Assembly (NCBI GenBank): GCA_945861665.1
Contig: CAMAVS010000002.1
Location: 143,527-207,526, forward strand
DNA: 64,000 nt
Source of the DNA: Chitinophaga pinensis
Lineage (GTDB): Bacteria > Bacteroidota > Bacteroidia > UBA4408
Reading direction: 5' to 3'
Shown: in pieces, positions 18,671-29,238 of the stretch
Layout: every line of letters starts with the position of its first letter
Position numbering within the stretch: the stretch's first letter is position 1
Notes under the pieces: generated by a model
What the model was told of the DNA's origin: nothing
Database searches by the model: none
Seen by the model: only the letters and a program-made list of their open reading frames with translations
Made by a program: the position numbers and the translations under genes

Positions 18671-20799
18671 AACAGCAACACATCAACGCAAAAAAAAACA
18701 TATCTCTTAAAGCCCTAAAGGTTGCCCTCGTTGGAAACCCCAACAGCGGCAAATCAAGTTTATTCAATGTGTTAACAGGATTAAATCAGCAAGTTGGAAA
18801 TTTCCCGGGCGTAACAGTTGAGAAAAAAACAGGAATGTCCAATTTTGGAAGCACCAAAGCAGAGATAATCGACTTGCCAGGCTGTTATAGCGTAGCGCCA
18901 AAATCAATTGACGAAGAGATCTCTTTTAATGTTTTGTGTAACCCCAGCAATCTAGACAAGCCAGATGTTGTAGTGGTGGTGGCAGATGCGTCAAATTTAA
19001 AACGTAGCCTCTTTTTATGCACGCAAATCATCGACCTTAAAGTGCCTGCTATTTTGGTGTTAAACATGATAGACCAGGCCGACAAAAAGGGCGTAACTAT
19101 TGACATTGAAGCGCTTTCGGTTGAATTAGGAATACCCGTTGTGTATGCCAACGCTCGAAAACAAACAAACATTAAGGCTCTCACAGAAGTGCTTTCACAA
19201 CCTGTAGGTGTAAGCGAAAAAACAATTGTAGATGTTGGCTTATTAAGTGCCATAGATTTTACCGAGGCAAAATTAATATGCTCTGTAAATAATACGTATA
19301 GCGCCTTTGCAATTTCAAACAGCCCTGCCGTTTTTTTAGATGCGGACAAAGTTTTGTTGTTGGAGCTTTCATTTCAAAAGCACAATTATAATCGACAGCA
19401 AGTACAGTCGTCTGAGGCGCTACATCGCTACGCTGCGATTGGCGAAATAATAAAAAAATGCACATCCATTTCTCCTGTTTCTGAGTCAAAAGTACACGCT
19501 ACACTCGATAAGATTCTTGCCCATAGAGTTTTGGGATACTTGATTTTTTTAATAGTTCTATTTTTTATTTTTCAAGCAATATTTACTTGGAGCGCCTACC
19601 CAATGGATTTAATAGAAAAAGGGTTAATGGGCGCTTCGGTTTGGCTGACGGATTTGCTGCCGACAGGAATACTGGCAAATTTACTTTGTAGAGGAATAAT
19701 CCCAGGCCTTACAGGGGTCCTTATTTTTGTGCCACAAATAGCTCTTTTGTTTGCATTCATTGCCATTTTAGAGGACACCGGCTATATGGCTCGAGTGAGC
19801 TTTATTATGGATAAGCTTATGCGCAAATTTGGACTAAATGGACGTTCTGTAATTCCTTTAATAGGTGGTGTTGCTTGTGCTGTTCCCGCTATTATGAGTG
19901 CGCGAACAATAAGTAATTGGAAGGAGCGGATGGTTACTATTATGGTAACGCCATTAATGAGCTGTTCGGCCAGATTGCCTGTTTTTACATTGCTCATAGC
20001 ATTAATAATTCCTTCCGACAAAACGATGTGGGGCTTTAGTTCGCAGGGAATAACATTAATGATGCTCTATTTAATAGGTCTTGTGTCAGCGCTGTTGTCT
20101 GCCTATTTAATGCAGTTTTTTATAAAAACAAAAGAAAAAAGTTACTTTATTATGGAAATGCCCAACTATAGGTCGCCACGCTGGGATAGCATTGGCATTA
20201 TAATGATTGAAAAAGTAAAGACATTTGTGCTTAGTGCAGGAAAAATTATTGTCGTTATTTCGATAATGTTATGGGCGCTATCTTCTTTTGGGCCAGAAGA
20301 CACTTTTGGCAGAGTAGAACAAAAATATTCAACGAGAGAATTTCGCCAACAGCTTTCTGAAAAAGAAATTTTGAATAAAATTGCCGCCGAGAAACTTGAA
20401 ACGTCCTATACGGGAATGCTCGGAAAAAAAATTGCCCCTGTAATTTCGCCGCTTGGCTTCGATTGGAAAATAGGCGTTTCGCTAATAACATCTTTCGCTG
20501 CACGAGAAGTGTTTGTTGGTACAATGGCAACACTTTACAGTGTTGGAGACAGCGAAAACACCCACACTGTTCGGGAAAAAATGGCAGCTTCTATTAATCC
20601 AATAACAGGCGGGAAAACATATACCTTTGCTGTCGGCTTTTCTTTGTTGTTGTTTTACGTTTTTGCATTACAGTGCATGAGCACCATCGCTGTAGTTTAC
20701 AAAGAAACCAAACACTGGAAATGGCCGCTCATACAATTTCTGTATATGGGGGCCTTAGCATATCTCTCTAGCTTTATAGCGTACACAATTTTAAAATAA
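18664..20799 (+). CDS. feoB: Ferrous iron transport protein B
   Basis: N-terminal G-domain (KVALVGNPNSGKSSLFNVLTG) and a C-terminal polytopic permease, 711 aa. Confidence 0.9.
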   Translation: MLKQQHINAKKNISLKALKVALVGNPNSGKSSLFNVLTGLNQQVGNFPGVTVEKKTGMSNFGSTKAEIIDLPGCYSVAPKSIDEEISFNVLCNPSNLDKPDVVVVVADASNLKRSLFLCTQIIDLKVPAILVLNMIDQADKKGVTIDIEALSVELGIPVVYANARKQTNIKALTEVLSQPVGVSEKTIVDVGLLSAIDFTEAKLICSVNNTYSAFAISNSPAVFLDADKVLLLELSFQKHNYNRQQVQSSEALHRYAAIGEIIKKCTSISPVSESKVHATLDKILAHRVLGYLIFLIVLFFIFQAIFTWSAYPMDLIEKGLMGASVWLTDLLPTGILANLLCRGIIPGLTGVLIFVPQIALLFAFIAILEDTGYMARVSFIMDKLMRKFGLNGRSVIPLIGGVACAVPAIMSARTISNWKERMVTIMVTPLMSCSARLPVFTLLIALIIPSDKTMWGFSSQGITLMMLYLIGLVSALLSAYLMQFFIKTKEKSYFIMEMPNYRSPRWDSIGIIMIEKVKTFVLSAGKIIVVISIMLWALSSFGPEDTFGRVEQKYSTREFRQQLSEKEILNKIAAEKLETSYTGMLGKKIAPVISPLGFDWKIGVSLITSFAAREVFVGTMATLYSVGDSENTHTVREKMAASINPITGGKTYTFAVGFSLLLFYVFALQCMSTIAVVYKETKHWKWPLIQFLYMGALAYLSSFIAYTILK

Positions 20800-20833
20800 A
20801 AAAAATTTTGTTGTAGATACGTGTGATGAATTA

Positions 20834-21340
20834 CTATTCAAAAATAACCAATACTTGATTCTTTTCTACTACAGCACCCTTTTCCACAGTAATTTTCTTA
20901 ACAACGCCATCGCTTGGCGACTTCAAAATATTCTCCATCTTCATCGCCTCCAATACAATAACGGCACCCCCCTTCTTAACAACATCGCCAACCTTAACCC
21001 TTGCCTCTATCACCAATCCGGGCATTGGCGCTTTTATTTCATTTATTTTTTTGCTATTCAAATTATCTAAGCCAAGTTGAAGCAATAACTCATCGTGCTT
21101 GTCTTTTAGGGCTAACGAATAGGCGTTTCCGTTTATTTGGATTTCGAATTTTTTCTCGACACCATCCGCCTTTACAACTTCCGCTGTATAGGAACGAAAA
21201 TTTTTAATTAAGTGATAAGAGCCCCTTTTTTCTTCTACTAAATTTAATTCAACGCGCTGTCCATTTATTATTGCCGTGTTGGGCTCGTTAGCCAGAAACT
21301 CTATTGCGAACTCCCTATTGTTTACATTTAGTTTATACAT
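20834..21340 (-). CDS. Biotin carboxyl carrier / biotin-lipoyl attachment domain protein
   Basis: C-terminal biotinylation motif EAMKMEN, within ...VLEAMKMENILKSPSDGVVKKITV. Confidence 0.75.
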   Translation of the reverse strand: MYKLNVNNREFAIEFLANEPNTAIINGQRVELNLVEEKRGSYHLIKNFRSYTAEVVKADGVEKKFEIQINGNAYSLALKDKHDELLLQLGLDNLNSKKINEIKAPMPGLVIEARVKVGDVVKKGGAVIVLEAMKMENILKSPSDGVVKKITVEKGAVVEKNQVLVIFE

Positions 21341-21403
21341 AAAACAAAGTTAGGGTAAATTGGATGAATAAACTATTTTAACTATTTTTAAGTCCCTACG
21401 TTT

Positions 21404-22015
21404 TTAGGACAATCCACTGCCTTGTTCTTTTCTATACAAACAGTTTAAGATTGATTTCATTTTCTTTTTGTTGGTATTTATACCCTCAATTTCATGTTGG
21501 ACGTATTTGCTTATGTATTTTAACAAAGGCTGTTTTTGGGTTGTTATAAATGGGAAAACGGCCTCTAGCTGTTTGTCCCAAACAGGGGAAAAATCTAACA
21601 AGTCATTAGGCATTACACGCAATCTGTTAAGGGGGTTTGTTTCTGGTAAGCAGCTAAAGGGTTCTTGTATGTTTAGGTAGCCATAGTCGCAGGTTAGCTG
21701 CTCTCCTTTTTGAATGTCGCGGATAGCAAGTTCAAAATCATAAGCCGTGCTTAAACAGTTGCTGTTAAAGCTGTGGTTCATATATTTTGAAATATCCCAA
21801 CAATATATCCAGTTGCCAGTGTTTGCAATATAGCAATAGGTGTCAAGAATTTTTTTAACATCGGCATCAAATAAGCAAATTTGATCAGGAGTAAAAACTA
21901 CATCCAGTGGATCAAGCGCCCAGGTGATGGTGCCCGCGGGGATAAGCCGTGTCGAAACTATACCAAATCCTATTTGCTTACCTATAAATTTTAATTCTGT
22001 GTGCGGATGTATCAT
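21404..22015 (-). CDS. SET-domain protein (putative protein-lysine methyltransferase)
   Basis: NHSFNSN (the NHSCxPN-like motif) and GEQLTCDYGY (the GEELTxDY-like motif). The N-terminal LKFIGKQIGFGIVSTRLIPAGT is SET-like. An ATG at 22015 is chosen; the upstream ORF extension overlaps the sppA start and looks non-coding. Confidence 0.55.
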   Translation of the reverse strand: MIHPHTELKFIGKQIGFGIVSTRLIPAGTITWALDPLDVVFTPDQICLFDADVKKILDTYCYIANTGNWIYCWDISKYMNHSFNSNCLSTAYDFELAIRDIQKGEQLTCDYGYLNIQEPFSCLPETNPLNRLRVMPNDLLDFSPVWDKQLEAVFPFITTQKQPLLKYISKYVQHEIEGINTNKKKMKSILNCLYRKEQGSGLS

Positions 22016-22109
22016 AAAGGGCGCTATAAAAATATAAAAAAAGTGACAAATTTCAAAAAAGCATTCCGTAACAATTTTCATACATTTGTGCCGTAAAAAC
22101 AAACTTGCC

Positions 22110-23885
22110 ATGAAACAGTTTTTCAAATTTATGTTTGCCTCTATGCTCGGTTTTTTACTAAGCGGGATCCTGCTAATAGTAGTTTTTGTTGCCCTAGTTG
22201 CTTCTGCCATAAGCAATGCAGGAAAAGACGAGGACGAGGGTAGCGTCAAAGAAAATAGCATATTACACATTCAGTTCGACCAAGAAATTGTGGACAGAGC
22301 CTCTAAAAACCCCTTAGAAAATTTTGATTTTATGTCGTTTAAACCAAACGAAAGCACTGGTCTTGATAAAATATTGGAGAATTTAGAAAAGGCCGCTGGC
22401 GACACAAAAATAAAAGGAATTTTTCTCGACATTACAAATGTTCCCTCAGGAATTGCAACGGTAGAAGAGATAAGAAACACCTTGATTGAATTTAAAAAAT
22501 CAAAAAAGTTCATTGTTGCATACAGTGAAATATATACGCAAAAAACATATTACCTTACCAGTGTTGCCGATAAAATATATTTAAATCCACAAGGCGCGAT
22601 TGAAATAAAAGGGCTTGGAGGGGAAATAATGTTTTATAAGGGCGCATTGGAGAAATTGGAAATTGAGCCGCAAATAATTCGCCACGGAAAGTTTAAAAGC
22701 GCTGTGGAGCCTTATATGCTGGACAAAATGAGCAATGCAAACCGCGAACAAACACATACGTTTATAAATTCTATTTGGCAACAAATTATTAGTGGGATAG
22801 CAAAGGAGCGAAAAATTAGCACCGCTTCAATTCAAGAAATTGCAGATAATATGTTGGTGCAAAGTCCTGAAGATGCTCTAAAATATAAATTGGTTGATAA
22901 GCTGCTTTACCGTGATGAGGTGACAGCAGAACTAAAAGGCAGAATGGGTGTAGCCGAAAAAGATAAGCTAGCATTGGTTGACTTTAGCTCTTATTTTAAC
23001 ACGCCAACAATTAGAAAATATGATTTAGCAACTCCTAAAATTGCAGTAATTTACGCAACCGGCGCTATAGAAAGTGGAGAAGGAGATGATAAAACAATTG
23101 GCTCTGAAAGAATTTCAAAAGCAATTGCTGAAGCGCGTAAAGATGAAAAAGTAAAAGCGATTGTATTGCGCGTAAACTCACCGGGAGGAAGCGCTTTGGC
23201 GAGTGATGTAATTTGGCGCGAAGTGGTACTTGCGAAAAAAGTAAAACCCGTTGTTGTATCCATGGGCGATGTGGCTGCTTCAGGAGGATATTATATTGCT
23301 TGTGCTGCCAGCAAAATTTATGCAAGCCCTAATACCATTACAGGTTCAATAGGTGTTTTTGGTGTAATGTTTAACGGACAAAAGTTTTTAAACAATAAAT
23401 TAGGTATCACAATTGATACCGTAAAAACAGCCAAACACTCCGATTTAGGTTCTATTTATCGACCTTTGACAGCTGATGAACGTGCCGTGATTCAACAAGA
23501 GGTAGAACATGTGTACGATGTGTTTACAAAAAAAGTAGCAGAAGGCCGAAAGAAAACACAAGCCGAAATTGATAGCATTGGACAAGGAAGAGTATGGAGC
23601 GGAGCAGATGCTATCAAAATTGGGCTGATTGACGCCTTTGGTGGATTAAATGAGGCAATTACAGATGCTGCGAAAATGGCGAAATTAGATAAGTACCGTA
23701 TTTATTCTTTGCCAAAACAAAAAAGCACCCTAGAGTCCTTGTTAAAAAAGACAACCGAAAGTGAAGAGGCAAGGTTAATGGAACGTGAATTAGGGCTTGC
23801 CTATAAATACTATAAAAATTTACAGGATGTTTTAAAAAGCCAAGGAATACAAGCTCGTTTGCCTTATTCAATAGATATCCACTAA
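22110..23885 (+). CDS. sppA: Signal peptide peptidase SppA (67K type, protease IV)
   Basis: Tandem ClpP/crotonase-like halves and the catalytic-region motifs VLRVNSPGGSALASD and GDVAASGGYYIA. Confidence 0.85.
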   Translation: MKQFFKFMFASMLGFLLSGILLIVVFVALVASAISNAGKDEDEGSVKENSILHIQFDQEIVDRASKNPLENFDFMSFKPNESTGLDKILENLEKAAGDTKIKGIFLDITNVPSGIATVEEIRNTLIEFKKSKKFIVAYSEIYTQKTYYLTSVADKIYLNPQGAIEIKGLGGEIMFYKGALEKLEIEPQIIRHGKFKSAVEPYMLDKMSNANREQTHTFINSIWQQIISGIAKERKISTASIQEIADNMLVQSPEDALKYKLVDKLLYRDEVTAELKGRMGVAEKDKLALVDFSSYFNTPTIRKYDLATPKIAVIYATGAIESGEGDDKTIGSERISKAIAEARKDEKVKAIVLRVNSPGGSALASDVIWREVVLAKKVKPVVVSMGDVAASGGYYIACAASKIYASPNTITGSIGVFGVMFNGQKFLNNKLGITIDTVKTAKHSDLGSIYRPLTADERAVIQQEVEHVYDVFTKKVAEGRKKTQAEIDSIGQGRVWSGADAIKIGLIDAFGGLNEAITDAAKMAKLDKYRIYSLPKQKSTLESLLKKTTESEEARLMERELGLAYKYYKNLQDVLKSQGIQARLPYSIDIH

Positions 23886-23904
23886 GGGTTTTTGACGATT
23901 TACA

Positions 23905-25509
23905 ATGAGCAAAATCCACTCAATTAACTACAGCGATACAGGCTTTTTTAGCGAGCACATAGTGCGTTATTTGAAAGGCGATGCTACGCTAAAACCCTTT
24001 TACAATTTACCGCCCGTTATAGAGTCTTTCGCCAAAGCAATTGATTTTAAAGGAAAAGAGAATTGCAATAGAGAGTTATTGGTAAGCATATTATTGGAGC
24101 AAAACAAAGAGTGTCATGCCAACAGCATCAATAATGTAAAAAGCCTTGCCGATAAAAGCACTTTTACCGTTTGCACAGGCCATCAATTGTGCTTGTTTAC
24201 AGGTCCACTGTATTTTATATACAAAATATTAAGCACTATCAATTTGGCCGAGGAACTACAGCGCAAATACCCCGATAATAAATTTGTACCGGTGTATTGG
24301 ATGGCAAGCGAAGACCACGACTTTGAAGAGATTAATCACATTCGCATTTTCGGAAAAACAATAAGTTGGAGCAAAGAAGAAGCAACCGGAAACGAGGCGA
24401 CTTCTGCAGGAAAGATAGAAACGAAATCGCTGCAAAGGGTATTCGCAGAGTTAACTAGGCAAATAGGAGCAGAGACAAAAGCAAAAGCGTTTATAGGTCG
24501 TTTGTCTGCCATTTATTTAGGCAGCGACAATTTAGCGCAAGCTACACGAAGCTTGGCGAACGACCTTTTTGGAAGTTACGGATTGGTAATTATGGATGCC
24601 GATGACAGTCGATTTAAAAAAGAGTTTGCTCCAATACTTTTCGATGATGTTTTTAACAATACAAATGTAAATTTAGTAAATGAAAGCATTCAAAAATTAA
24701 TGGATATTGGAATAAAGCCAATTGTTAATCCTCGTCCCATAAATGTATTTTATCTCACAGAAAAATTCAGACAGCGTATTGAAAAAAATAACGATGGAAA
24801 CTTTTCAATTGTAAACACAGATCTTGTTTTTACGGCAGAACAATTAAAGAGCGAATTAGAACAACACCCCGAAAGGTTTAGCCCCAATGTGGTGTTGCGG
24901 TCTTTATATCAAGAAAAAACACTGCCTAACATCGCTTATGTAGGCGGGGCGGGGGAGTTGTCGTATTGGATGGAATACAAAAAAATGTTTGAAAGGCACA
25001 ATGTGTTTTTTCCCATTTTGATGTTGCGGAACTCTATCTTGTTTGTGGACGAAGCAAGCAGCTTAAAAATAAAAAAGCTAAATTTGCAGGTAACAGATTT
25101 TTTTACAGAAACAGAGTTGTTAATCAAACAATATGTTACAGGATTGGCAAACGAAAACAACAATTTTGAAGTAGAGGGGCAAGCATTAAAAAAGCTGTAC
25201 GAAAACATTTCCACTAAAGTTGCTTCAGTAGACATAACCCTAAAAGCCTCAGTGGACGCCGATTTACAAAAAGCACTTAACGGACTAAAAGCTATGGAAC
25301 AAAAACTGTTGCGTGCTGAAAAACAAAAACACGAAACATCCATTACGCAAATAAAAAAGGTAAAAGAAAAACTGTTTCCCGAAAATGTGTTGCAAGAAAG
25401 AGTAGACAATTTTATACCACACTACGCCAAGCATGGCAACAATTATATTGAAATGCTAAAAGAAAACTGCAAACCTTTTGAAGGGAAGTTTGTTGTGTTG
25501 GAGGAATAA
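23905..25509 (+). CDS. bshC: Bacillithiol biosynthesis cysteine-adding enzyme BshC
   Basis: VCTGHQLCLFTGPLYFIYKILS...VPVYWMASEDHDFEEINHI aligns closely with Bacillus BshC (IGGQQAGLLTGPLYTIHKII...VFWVAGEDHDLDEINFV). 534 aa. Confidence 0.85.
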   Translation: MSKIHSINYSDTGFFSEHIVRYLKGDATLKPFYNLPPVIESFAKAIDFKGKENCNRELLVSILLEQNKECHANSINNVKSLADKSTFTVCTGHQLCLFTGPLYFIYKILSTINLAEELQRKYPDNKFVPVYWMASEDHDFEEINHIRIFGKTISWSKEEATGNEATSAGKIETKSLQRVFAELTRQIGAETKAKAFIGRLSAIYLGSDNLAQATRSLANDLFGSYGLVIMDADDSRFKKEFAPILFDDVFNNTNVNLVNESIQKLMDIGIKPIVNPRPINVFYLTEKFRQRIEKNNDGNFSIVNTDLVFTAEQLKSELEQHPERFSPNVVLRSLYQEKTLPNIAYVGGAGELSYWMEYKKMFERHNVFFPILMLRNSILFVDEASSLKIKKLNLQVTDFFTETELLIKQYVTGLANENNNFEVEGQALKKLYENISTKVASVDITLKASVDADLQKALNGLKAMEQKLLRAEKQKHETSITQIKKVKEKLFPENVLQERVDNFIPHYAKHGNNYIEMLKENCKPFEGKFVVLEE

Positions 25510-25634
25510 TGCTTCTTGGGAGATTGTTTTTATTTATTTCTTTCAGGAATTTCAATCAGAAAGAATTATTGGATGCTCAAAATAATTTGGTAAATTAAAT
25601 TAAAACATAACAAAGCCAACACAATAGAGCTTAA

Positions 25635-26048
25635 TTAACAATATTCATCAAAGGCCATTTTTAAATTATCGGCAATCATTTGGGCAGAACGCCCTTCAAT
25701 ATGGTGCCTTTCAATAAAATGAACCAGCGCCCCATTTTTAAACAATGCAATGCTGGGAGATGAAGGGGGGTAGGGGGCAAAATAGGTTCTTGCCTGTGCC
25801 ACAGCTTCGCTGTCAAAGCCGGCAAATACCGCAGTAAGCTTGCTCGGCTTCTTTGCGTTTTGCACTGCCAACTTAATGCCTGGGCGTGCTGCGCCTGCCG
25901 CACAACCGCAAACGGAGTTTACTACCACCAACACAGTTTCTTGGCTGTTTTTTAGTGCAGCGTCAACAGCCGCAGTTGTTGTCAAGTCCTCAAAGCCAAC
26001 TGCCGTAAGCTCAGCTTTCATCGGATTTACTAATTGTTCGGGATACAT
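25635..26048 (-). CDS. brxB: Bacilliredoxin (YphP/YqiW, DUF1094 family)
   Basis: MKAELTAVGFEDLTT...LVVVNSVCGCAAGAARP...APYPPSSPSIALFKNGALVHFIERHHIEG is near-collinear with B. subtilis BrxA, including the CGC active site. Confidence 0.85.
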   Translation of the reverse strand: MYPEQLVNPMKAELTAVGFEDLTTTAAVDAALKNSQETVLVVVNSVCGCAAGAARPGIKLAVQNAKKPSKLTAVFAGFDSEAVAQARTYFAPYPPSSPSIALFKNGALVHFIERHHIEGRSAQMIADNLKMAFDEYC

Positions 26049-26233
26049 TTTTTGTGTTTTAAGAATTAATTATTGCGTTTACAATTTAAAGGACAAATAT
26101 AACAAATAATCGCCTGTTATGTTTTAAAAATGATTACAAAAGAACCATTTTTGTTACAAAAACAATACTATAAGGGTTGCGGTAAATGTGTATATTTTAT
26201 GTACATTTACCCCTCTGTAATTTAAAAATAAAA

Positions 26234-29194
26234 ATGAAAAAAAATCTATTTTATTTCGCGGCCACACTAGTTTTAATTGCAAATCAAGCAATTTCTCAAA
26301 CAAAACTTATTGAGAAAGTCACTAAAAAGGGAATTGAAATTGTTATTCCTTACGAAAAATACATACTCCCCAACGGGCTGACAGTTCTTGTTCACGAAGA
26401 CCATTCTGATCCCGTAGCTTATGTAGACGTGACCTATCACGTAGGTTCGGCACGTGAAGAGGTTGGCCGTAGCGGCTTTGCCCACTTTTTTGAACACATG
26501 ATGTTTCAGGGGTCTGATAACGTTGCCGATGAAGAACACTTTAAAATAGTTTCCAACGCTGGAGGCGACCTTAACGGAACCACTAACACTGACAGAACAA
26601 ATTATTTTGAAACGGTGCCGAGCAATCAGTTGGAGGTAGCTATTTGGCTAGAGTCGGACAGAATGGGTTTTTTGTTGGATGCGGTAACTCAAAAAAAGTT
26701 TGAGGTACAACGGGCAACAGTAAAAAATGAAAGAGGGCAAAATTATGACAATCGCCCCTATGGATTAGTTGGAGAAAAAATTAACAAGGCGCTTTACCCC
26801 TATAAACACCCATACTCTTGGCCAACAATAGGCTACTTAGAAGATTTAGACAGGGTGGACGTAGGCGATTTAAAAAGTTTTTTTTTGAGATGGTATGGCC
26901 CTAACAACGCAACACTCACTGTTGCGGGAGATGTAAGTGCTGCCGATGTTGTGAAGTTAGCGGAAAAATATTTTGGCTCTATTCCAAAATGTCCGGAAGT
27001 AAAAAACCAACCTAAGGAATTGATGAAAATTGACAAAGACCGATACATTTCTTATGAAGACAACATTCGCTTTCCGTTACTGTATGTTGGTTATCCCGGT
27101 GTTCCTTCAAACCATCCAGACGAAGCAGCGCTGGACGTACTTGCAGATATTTTGGGGGGGTCAGAAAGCTCTTATTTATATCAAAAATTACAAAAAACAC
27201 AAAAATCAGTGCAGGTATCAGCAAGCGATGGCACACAGGAACTAGGGGGAGTGTTTGCGATAATTGCTTTGGCATTTCCGGGAAACTCGCTGGAGGATAT
27301 AGAGAAAGGGATTAAAGAGTCGATGGAAGACTTTGAAAAAGCAGGAGTAAAAGACGAAGATTTGGAACGGTTTAAAATTTCGTATGAATCTGATGTTATA
27401 CAAGCGCTTTCAAGTGTTAGTGGAAAGGGCGCTCGATTAGCCCAATACCAAACCCTTACAGGTGACGCAAATTATATTCAAAAAGAAGTAAGGGCTTACC
27501 AAAGCGTTAGCAAGGAAGATGTAATGCGCGTTTACAAAACTTACATACAGGGCAAGCCGGCTGTTTATTTAAGCGTTTTTCCAAAAGGGAAGCCCGAAAT
27601 GGTGGCACACAAAGACAACTATACCCCACCCGTTACCAATATTAACGATGCCGACCAAAAAGAGTATCAAAATTTAAAATACGTAAAGGCGAAGGACGCT
27701 TTTAACAGAGGCGTTAAGCCTAAGCCGGGAGCAAACCCTATAATCAATGTTCCTCAGTTATGGCGGGAGTTTTTACCGAACAGCGGATTGAAAATTGTCG
27801 GAACAAAAACAGATGAAATTCCCTCGGTAACATTATTGTTATCGCTTGAAATGGGTCATCGCATGGAAAGCAAAGAGAAGGCGGGAATTGCTTCATTGTT
27901 AGCAGGAATGATGGAAATGTCTACCGAACACTTAAGCGATGAGCAAGTGAGTGCCGCGCTTGAAAAGCTTGGAAGCTCAATATCTGTTTCGGCAGGCGAA
28001 AACGAGCTTTCTATCTATATTAATTCACTTACAAAAAATTTAGACGCAACGTTGATAATTGCAGATGAAATATTGTTTCATCCAAAATTTGACAAAGAAG
28101 AATTTGAACGATCGAAAAATGAGCAGCTTCAGGGAATTGCAAACCAAGCAACGTCCGCCAGCACAATTGCAAACAATGCATTTAAAAAAGTATTGTATGG
28201 AAGTAATTCCATTATGGGAATTCCCAATGTTGGTACAGCTGCAACCGTAAAGTCTATTACAATAGAGGAGGTAAAGCAGTTTTATACCAGCTATTTTTCA
28301 CCACGTATTGCGAATATGGTTGTAGTAGGAGATATTACAAAAGAAGAGTTGTTACCGAAATTAGCATTTTTAGATAAATGGCAAGGAATAAAAGTCTCCT
28401 TGCCAACACCAGACCCTGTAGCGGAAATAACCAAAACCAAAATATATTTGGTTAACAAAGAAAAGGCGCCACAATCCGAAATTCGTATAGGGAGGCTAGG
28501 GTTGTCGTATGATCCGTTTAACGAATATTATAAAAATCAGATAATGAATTTTGCTTATGGAGGAAACTTCAATAGCCGAATCAACATTAATTTACGTGAA
28601 GACAAAGGGTGGACATATGGAGCTAATTCGTATTTTTCGGGAACAAAGTATGCTGGTCCTTATTTAATTTTTGCAGGAGTAAAGGGCGAAGCTACCGACA
28701 GCTCTGTGGTTGAAATAATAAAGGAAATGAATAAATATGCAACCCAAGGAATAACAGAAGAGGAGTTGTTGTTTACTAAAAACTCGCTGGGGCAAGGAGA
28801 CGCATTAAAGTTTGAAACGCCTATGCAAAAGGCCGGATTTTTAAAGCGGATTGCCGATTTTAACTTAGACCCAAGTTATATTAAAATGCAAAATGAAATA
28901 TTGCAAGGGGTGACAAAAGCAGAAATAGACGCATTGGCAAAAAAGAATTTACAACCGAGCCAAATGTTTATTACCGTTGTAGGTGATAAAAAATCGATAT
29001 TGCCGGGGCTGCAAAAACTAGGGTATGAAATTATTGAGTTGGACAGTGACGGAAATGTTATTCCGGGAAACAACAATCAAGAGTTATACAAAAATGATGA
29101 ACCAAATGATTTGCCGAAAGTAGAAAAGAAAAAGGTCGGTGTTGAAAAAGATAAGGATGAAATAAAAAAGAAACAAGAGCCCAAGAAAAAATAA
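26234..29194 (+). CDS. Tandem-domain M16 (pitrilysin/insulinase) family zinc peptidase, secreted
   Basis: Signal peptide and the inverted zinc motif HFFEHMMFQGS (HxxEH). About 990 aa, which implies two M16 active/inactive domain pairs. Confidence 0.85.
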   Translation: MKKNLFYFAATLVLIANQAISQTKLIEKVTKKGIEIVIPYEKYILPNGLTVLVHEDHSDPVAYVDVTYHVGSAREEVGRSGFAHFFEHMMFQGSDNVADEEHFKIVSNAGGDLNGTTNTDRTNYFETVPSNQLEVAIWLESDRMGFLLDAVTQKKFEVQRATVKNERGQNYDNRPYGLVGEKINKALYPYKHPYSWPTIGYLEDLDRVDVGDLKSFFLRWYGPNNATLTVAGDVSAADVVKLAEKYFGSIPKCPEVKNQPKELMKIDKDRYISYEDNIRFPLLYVGYPGVPSNHPDEAALDVLADILGGSESSYLYQKLQKTQKSVQVSASDGTQELGGVFAIIALAFPGNSLEDIEKGIKESMEDFEKAGVKDEDLERFKISYESDVIQALSSVSGKGARLAQYQTLTGDANYIQKEVRAYQSVSKEDVMRVYKTYIQGKPAVYLSVFPKGKPEMVAHKDNYTPPVTNINDADQKEYQNLKYVKAKDAFNRGVKPKPGANPIINVPQLWREFLPNSGLKIVGTKTDEIPSVTLLLSLEMGHRMESKEKAGIASLLAGMMEMSTEHLSDEQVSAALEKLGSSISVSAGENELSIYINSLTKNLDATLIIADEILFHPKFDKEEFERSKNEQLQGIANQATSASTIANNAFKKVLYGSNSIMGIPNVGTAATVKSITIEEVKQFYTSYFSPRIANMVVVGDITKEELLPKLAFLDKWQGIKVSLPTPDPVAEITKTKIYLVNKEKAPQSEIRIGRLGLSYDPFNEYYKNQIMNFAYGGNFNSRININLREDKGWTYGANSYFSGTKYAGPYLIFAGVKGEATDSSVVEIIKEMNKYATQGITEEELLFTKNSLGQGDALKFETPMQKAGFLKRIADFNLDPSYIKMQNEILQGVTKAEIDALAKKNLQPSQMFITVVGDKKSILPGLQKLGYEIIELDSDGNVIPGNNNQELYKNDEPNDLPKVEKKKVGVEKDKDEIKKKQEPKKK

Positions 29195-29238
29195 TTTAAA
29201 GAATACTAAAAGCCCTTGCAATTAAAAAGAAGAGTTTT

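Noticed and set aside
18885-19349. 154-aa antisense ORF inside feoB. Similar ORFs occur at 24936-25409 inside bshC, 11001-11300 inside the SprB adhesin gene, 58018-58350 inside the T9SS cargo gene, and 3310-3636 across pth/rplY.
   Set aside because: These are shadow ORFs on the opposite strand of well-supported genes. Their composition is skewed (Ser/Ala/Thr-rich) as expected for antisense frames, and they show no independent motifs.
22016-22270. Upstream extension of the SET-domain ORF (288 aa with the start at 22270)
   Set aside because: The extra 85 codons are low-complexity. They overlap the sppA start and promoter on the opposite strand, and they are not needed for the SET-domain fold. 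The internal ATG at 22015 was preferred.
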